From IMG/VR virus record IMGVR_UViG_3300026521_000003, positions 124,001-188,000 of that record: a DNA stretch of 64,000 nt, one strand, 5' to 3'. Both the position numbers and the translations under genes were made by a program. Below, one piece after another: positions 59,777-64,000 of the stretch; position 1 is the first letter of the stretch; each line of letters begins with the position of its first letter. The notes under the pieces are model-generated. The model did no database searches. It was not told the origin of the DNA and saw nothing but the letters and a program-made list of their open reading frames with translations.

Positions 59777-61482
59777 GCGTTTTTAAGTCGACCAGAACCA
59801 GGTTTCATAATACCATTAGAAACAGCTACTCCAATCACAGCCTTTTTATTTTGGGGTATTTTTGTAAGAAAACTAAATTTTTCTTTAAGAGTTTTTTTAA
59901 GTGCATCAATTAAATTAGTTAGTGTTTTCACTAGATTATAATTGTGTAAAAGAATAATAATTGTTATTAAAGCCATTAGAATATGATTGCCTGTTATTTG
60001 TTCACCCAATATAGTAAATTCACCGAATGGTCTTTGATCTCTTAACCAAGGACATTGTGGTGGGCAGGTTGTAATATCTTTTGGGTGTTTAATACCTAGA
60101 TAATACCAAAATAAAGTAGGACCATATGCACTACTGAACCAATCATTTAAACTATATTTGCCTGCCATAGTTACTAAAACTGCAGTAAAATCAAAATCAT
60201 ATTTTGGGTCACCAATAAAAAACATTTGTGTCCATATATGATATGCCATTTTTGCGAGATAATATCCTAGAACCATCTTTAAACCTCTTACGGCATAAGA
60301 TAATGGTTTTTTAAGATTATCTGGAATTTTATAGCCTAATATTTCATCTTTTGTACCAGCTTCAAGTTCAGATAAAAAAGTATTAAATTCATCTATTTTT
60401 CTATCCCAATTTTTAATAAAAGCTAATTCTGTAAATGGTTTGAACATTTTTGCTTGAACCCCAGCTAATTTTTCCGACATTTTTATTGCTCCGGCTTCAA
60501 CCATCTTTTTAAGTTTATTTGCAAACGATTTCATGGCTTTCATAAAACCTTCATTTCTAAAGATCCCTACTAATTCTTTCCATCCATTTTTAAGGTTTTT
60601 AACAACTAGTTTAAACATTCCGACTGCCCATTTCCAACCTGCTGCTATCTTTTGTAATATATTATCAACAGATAGATTGCTTAGATCGACTGCTATTTGT
60701 TTAAGGGTATCTAGATTTTTTTTAATATCGGTTTTTAAATTTTGTAATAATGATTTTGAAGCTGCATCTAAATCTTCTAATCTTTTAGATTTTTCATTAA
60801 ATAGAGCAAGTTTTTCTTTTATTGTATTAATTGTTATTGCGTATGCATCTGCCTCTTCATTATCTTTTTGTGTTAGTGCTTCTTTTTCTAAGGTATCAAT
60901 CTCTTTAGTTAAACTTTCAAGTTCTTTTATTAAATTATTTTTTTCTTTTTCTTCCTCAGGAGTTAATTCTCTTGAACCAACTATACTATCCATAGCTCTT
61001 TTTGCCAATTCTTTAGCATTATCTAAAAATCCCTCATTTAAAGCTTCATTTAATAGACTATTATTTGATGACACATCTATTAACATCTCATTTAATGTCG
61101 GGTCTGTTTGAATTGTGTCTTTAATTTTTTTATCTAACTTATTAATAAATTTCTCAAATACTTTATCATTATTCAAACGTCCTTCATCATAATAATTAAT
61201 TTCATTTGAAATATGTTCAACAATGGTTTTAAAAAAAATATCATTTAATGATTCATAATATCTGTTAGATTCAAGGGTTTCATATATTAATGATAGTTTG
61301 TTATTTTCGGGTTGAGAAATTTTATATGGTACTAATGCATTAGCAATTCTTGCTATTTCAATAGCATCTTTATCAATATAATCATCTACTTTTAATTCAA
61401 TCAAATAAGTTTCAACTTCGGAACCCACATTAATAATGTCTGCTTCATTAAAAATATCCGTGAATGATTTTATTTTTGTCAT
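59773..61482 (-). CDS. late protein with coiled coil and C-terminal hydrophobic segments, putative head-internal/ejection protein
   Basis: AATAAATA upstream; leader ...IFNE|A; internal LLNEALNE|GFLD; hydrophobic MVLGYYLAKMAYHIW and ILMALITIIILL. Confidence 0.6.
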   Translation of the reverse strand: MTKIKSFTDIFNEADIINVGSEVETYLIELKVDDYIDKDAIEIARIANALVPYKISQPENNKLSLIYETLESNRYYESLNDIFFKTIVEHISNEINYYDEGRLNNDKVFEKFINKLDKKIKDTIQTDPTLNEMLIDVSSNNSLLNEALNEGFLDNAKELAKRAMDSIVGSRELTPEEEKEKNNLIKELESLTKEIDTLEKEALTQKDNEEADAYAITINTIKEKLALFNEKSKRLEDLDAASKSLLQNLKTDIKKNLDTLKQIAVDLSNLSVDNILQKIAAGWKWAVGMFKLVVKNLKNGWKELVGIFRNEGFMKAMKSFANKLKKMVEAGAIKMSEKLAGVQAKMFKPFTELAFIKNWDRKIDEFNTFLSELEAGTKDEILGYKIPDNLKKPLSYAVRGLKMVLGYYLAKMAYHIWTQMFFIGDPKYDFDFTAVLVTMAGKYSLNDWFSSAYGPTLFWYYLGIKHPKDITTCPPQCPWLRDQRPFGEFTILGEQITGNHILMALITIIILLHNYNLVKTLTNLIDALKKTLKEKFSFLTKIPQNKKAVIGVAVSNGIMKPGSGRLKNA

Positions 61483-61558
61483 AGAAGATTCCTTTTTCTT
61501 TTTATTTATTCAAAAAAATGTAAAATTAGTATATAATTAGAATAAAGAGAGTTTTAAA

Positions 61559-61858
61559 ATGAGAACAGATATTACACATTCATTTGAGGATTTTGAACGC
61601 ATAGCAGAAGATTATTTTGAATTAATCCCTCCTGATACCGATTCATTTGATTTAGAATTATGTACGTTTTGGGAGTATGAGGAATGGGATAAATTATTGA
61701 TTTTTCATTTTGATAATGAAATGGATTTAAATTTTTTCTATGATAAATTAATTGAATGTCCAAAGTATGAAGAATCTTTTGATATAGAAGATCATTTTGA
61801 AGGTGTAAATAGAAAAGTATTAACAATCACAATTGAATCAAAAAGTACAGGATTATAA
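61559..61858 (+). CDS. acidic hypothetical protein
   Basis: 99-aa ORF downstream of TGTAAAAT (61519-26). Confidence 0.55.
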   Translation: MRTDITHSFEDFERIAEDYFELIPPDTDSFDLELCTFWEYEEWDKLLIFHFDNEMDLNFFYDKLIECPKYEESFDIEDHFEGVNRKVLTITIESKSTGL

Positions 61859-62662
61859 ATGAAATTAAATAAATTATATGAAAAAATTTCGGGGTTAATA
61901 GCGTTAGAATTATATGATAGCAAAACTAGTAAAGAAGCAGTCGAGCAAGAATTTTCTAAAGAGTTTTTATTTTTAAATAATATGAATAAAGATCTATTTA
62001 AAGATTTATCTGATGATGAACAGTTTCAAGTTTTACGAATATATGATGTTCACTTTAGAATTGGTGCACCGATGATCACAGATGCAGAATATGATTTATA
62101 TGATTCTATATATAAACAAGAAACAAATGATACTACTCCAATTATGTTTGAACCTAGTGTACAAGCTTGGGAGAAGGAAAAACATACTATTGTTATGGGT
62201 TCATTGAGTAAATGCAATACTTTAGAAGAAGTAGAGAAATGGAATAATAAGCCTAATATTATTGCTAGTCATAAAGTTATATCTGAAAAACTAGATGGGA
62301 TTTCTTTAGAATTGATATACGAGAAAGGTGTATTTAAAAAAGCTATTACTAGAGGAGATGGTAAAGTCGGTGAGAATATAACTGAAAATGCTATTTATTT
62401 TGATGGTGTTGTAAAAGAATTAGGAGAAAAGCTAGATTGTGCTGTAAGAGGCGAGGTTATGATTTTAAAGGATAACCTTAATAGTATTAATACTATTCTT
62501 TTAAGAGAAGGAAAGGATGCATTAAAGAATACTAGAAATGGTGTTGCCGGTCAAGCAACTAAATTTAAAGATAGAAATGAGGAAATATTATCTCTTATAA
62601 CCTTTATTGCATATGAAATTCAAATTTTTAATATTTCTCATACAGGTGAAAATGTTCTTTAA
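61859..62662 (+). CDS. ligA: NAD+-dependent DNA ligase, N-terminal (Ia + partial adenylation) part only
   Basis: ITDAEYD, H...MGSLSK, SEKLDGISLELIY, AITRGDG.VGENIT, VRGEV, NTRNGVAG, FIAYE; stops before motif IV, OB fold and BRCT. Confidence 0.85.
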   Translation: MKLNKLYEKISGLIALELYDSKTSKEAVEQEFSKEFLFLNNMNKDLFKDLSDDEQFQVLRIYDVHFRIGAPMITDAEYDLYDSIYKQETNDTTPIMFEPSVQAWEKEKHTIVMGSLSKCNTLEEVEKWNNKPNIIASHKVISEKLDGISLELIYEKGVFKKAITRGDGKVGENITENAIYFDGVVKELGEKLDCAVRGEVMILKDNLNSINTILLREGKDALKNTRNGVAGQATKFKDRNEEILSLITFIAYEIQIFNISHTGENVL

Positions 62663-63102
62663 GTTCTTTTAAATATACTTTCTTTCGGGTCATAACCTAC
62701 GGTGGAATCATTAATCCATTGTTGGTCTGTAGCTAATCTTAATTCTAAAATTTCTGTGGTTTCAAATTCTAGATATAATAATTCCATTACAATTATAACT
62801 TCTTGTTCTAGATTACCATGTGGATATGCTTCAATTCTAAGAACTTGTACTCTAGGTTCATATTTTTCAATAACTGTCTGAATTTCAGTTTTAGCTATAT
62901 TACGAATTCTATTAATATTTTGTTCATGAATTAATCTATGAAGATTGGTACCATATTCTGGATCATAAACTCTTGAACCTTTTTCTGTTTTTAAAATATT
63001 TAAAATGGATCGTTTTATTAATTCTCTATCATGATCTACAAATCCATCAATACTAGATCCCTCAATAGGGAATAGTCTAAACATGCCTGTATATGTGCTC
63101 AT
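62659..63102 (-). CDS. gp25: baseplate wedge protein (T4 gp25-like)
   Basis: IKRSILNILKTEKGSRVYDPEYGTNL...IEKYEPRV. Confidence 0.92.
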   Translation of the reverse strand: MSTYTGMFRLFPIEGSSIDGFVDHDRELIKRSILNILKTEKGSRVYDPEYGTNLHRLIHEQNINRIRNIAKTEIQTVIEKYEPRVQVLRIEAYPHGNLEQEVIIVMELLYLEFETTEILELRLATDQQWINDSTVGYDPKESIFKRT

Positions 63103-63103
63103 T

Positions 63104-63487
63104 TTAATATCCTAATGCTTTTCTTACTGAATTCATAGAAGGTATTTTTAATTTTCTACCAAAGTAGAATCCTGTAAACGGATCTGTTATTCCATTTCGT
63201 TCGGCAATAATCCACCAAAATTTTGAATTACCATAGAATTTATATGATATTGCATCAGGTCTATTAGTGTATTTTGCATGGTCAATAGTCCATACATCAT
63301 CATCTAATTCTGCAATACTTAAATCGACTCTATGTTCCCATGTTTTACTTTTTGTTCCTGGTAACATATATGAAAATCTATTAACATCTCTTTTTGATGT
63401 ATCTTGAACTTTGAACCATTCTTGTTCTTGTTGAGGTACACTAGATCTGCTATCGTCGTATGGTCTTATAGGCATATCAAACTCCAT
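63104..63487 (-). CDS. gp53: baseplate wedge protein (T4 gp53-like, LysM fold)
   Basis: RPDAISYKFYGNSKFWWIIAERNGITDPF...KLKIP; adjacent to gp25. Confidence 0.85.
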   Translation of the reverse strand: MEFDMPIRPYDDSRSSVPQQEQEWFKVQDTSKRDVNRFSYMLPGTKSKTWEHRVDLSIAELDDDVWTIDHAKYTNRPDAISYKFYGNSKFWWIIAERNGITDPFTGFYFGRKLKIPSMNSVRKALGY

Positions 63488-63547
63488 TTAGTTATTTACT
63501 TATTTATTCAGTAAAATGTAAAATATTTGTATAAAGGGGAAAATCAT

Positions 63548-63979
63548 ATGCAAGACTATTTAAAAAATGTTTATAGAATACATATTGTTGATAGTCATTC
63601 ATTACCGATCAATTTAATATTAGAGGAAGTTTATCATTTATACGATACAACTGAAAGTGGTTATGATGGATGGTCAAGTAATGACAAGTCAAAAAAATCA
63701 TTAATTATTAGTCATCGTAATTGGGCTAATATAGCATTAATATCAAATCCAAAAAATAGATCTATATCTGAATTAATAGGGTATGGTGCTGAATTGGTTG
63801 AAAAATCTTTAGTTTATGACACGATAACAGATGCAACAATACAGATGGCTTTTATAGCTACAAAATTTGATGTAGGTGCAGATAAAATATATGATGTTAC
63901 TAATAATATTTTAAGTGCATCGGCTTATAAACAATTACTAAAAATATTTTATAATGATTTTCCTGAAAAAATTATTTAA
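63548..63979 (+). CDS. hypothetical protein ending FPEKII
   Basis: AGGGG RBS before ATG 63548; TGTAAAAT at 63517-24. Confidence 0.6.
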   Translation: MQDYLKNVYRIHIVDSHSLPINLILEEVYHLYDTTESGYDGWSSNDKSKKSLIISHRNWANIALISNPKNRSISELIGYGAELVEKSLVYDTITDATIQMAFIATKFDVGADKIYDVTNNILSASAYKQLLKIFYNDFPEKII

Positions 63980-64000
63980 GGATGAAAAATGATAAGAATT

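Noticed and set aside
60533-61111. 192-aa plus-strand ORF
   Set aside because: Fully antisense to the 569-aa gene that has a promoter, RBS and leader; composition is typical of a shadow ORF
1-64000. Stop-codon reassignment as the explanation for truncated genes
   Set aside because: Long conserved genes are intact in the standard code and TAG ends genes normally; the truncated topoisomerase, ligase and dnaE ORFs end in TAA
1-64000. tRNA, rRNA or other structured RNA genes
   Set aside because: Intergenic gaps are short and extremely AT-rich, and no cloverleaf or GC-rich structured segment was seen; a covariance-model search would be needed to exclude small RNAs

Overview
A very AT-rich, gene-dense 64-kb segment of a large T4-superfamily (myovirus, probably jumbo) bacteriophage genome. 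It reads in the standard code; I saw no tRNA, rRNA, CRISPR array or transposase. T4-type morphogenesis genes (gp13/gp14 neck, a greatly extended gp15, gp25, gp53) and two tail-fibre clusters are interleaved with replication and metabolism genes. The latter include HU, dTMP kinase, UvrD, a DNA Pol III alpha fragment, the gp55 late sigma factor, a probable sliding clamp, a topoisomerase II ATPase subunit, ThyX and an NAD+-ligase N-terminal half. ThyX type, clpS-clpA and promoter style point tentatively to a Campylobacterota host. The most notable observations are: (1) the topoisomerase II gene ends in an N-terminal half-intein inserted at EGD|SA, which suggests a naturally split, trans-splicing intein whose partner is outside the window; (2) a late-expressed tandem AAA+ protein is paired with an HEXXH/acidic-repeat/vWA protein, and both carry a leader shared with about a dozen late proteins that resembles a capsid-targeting/prohead-protease signal; (3) a U32-family protein and a SAM methyltransferase sit inside a fibre operon containing three paralogues that share one N-terminal module; (4) three promoter classes can be read directly from the sequence, along with RBS-sequestering hairpins around late promoters; (5) a stand-alone basic paralogue of an acidic fibre-tip domain follows the fibre gene. 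All functional calls come from motifs recognised by eye, with no database searches.
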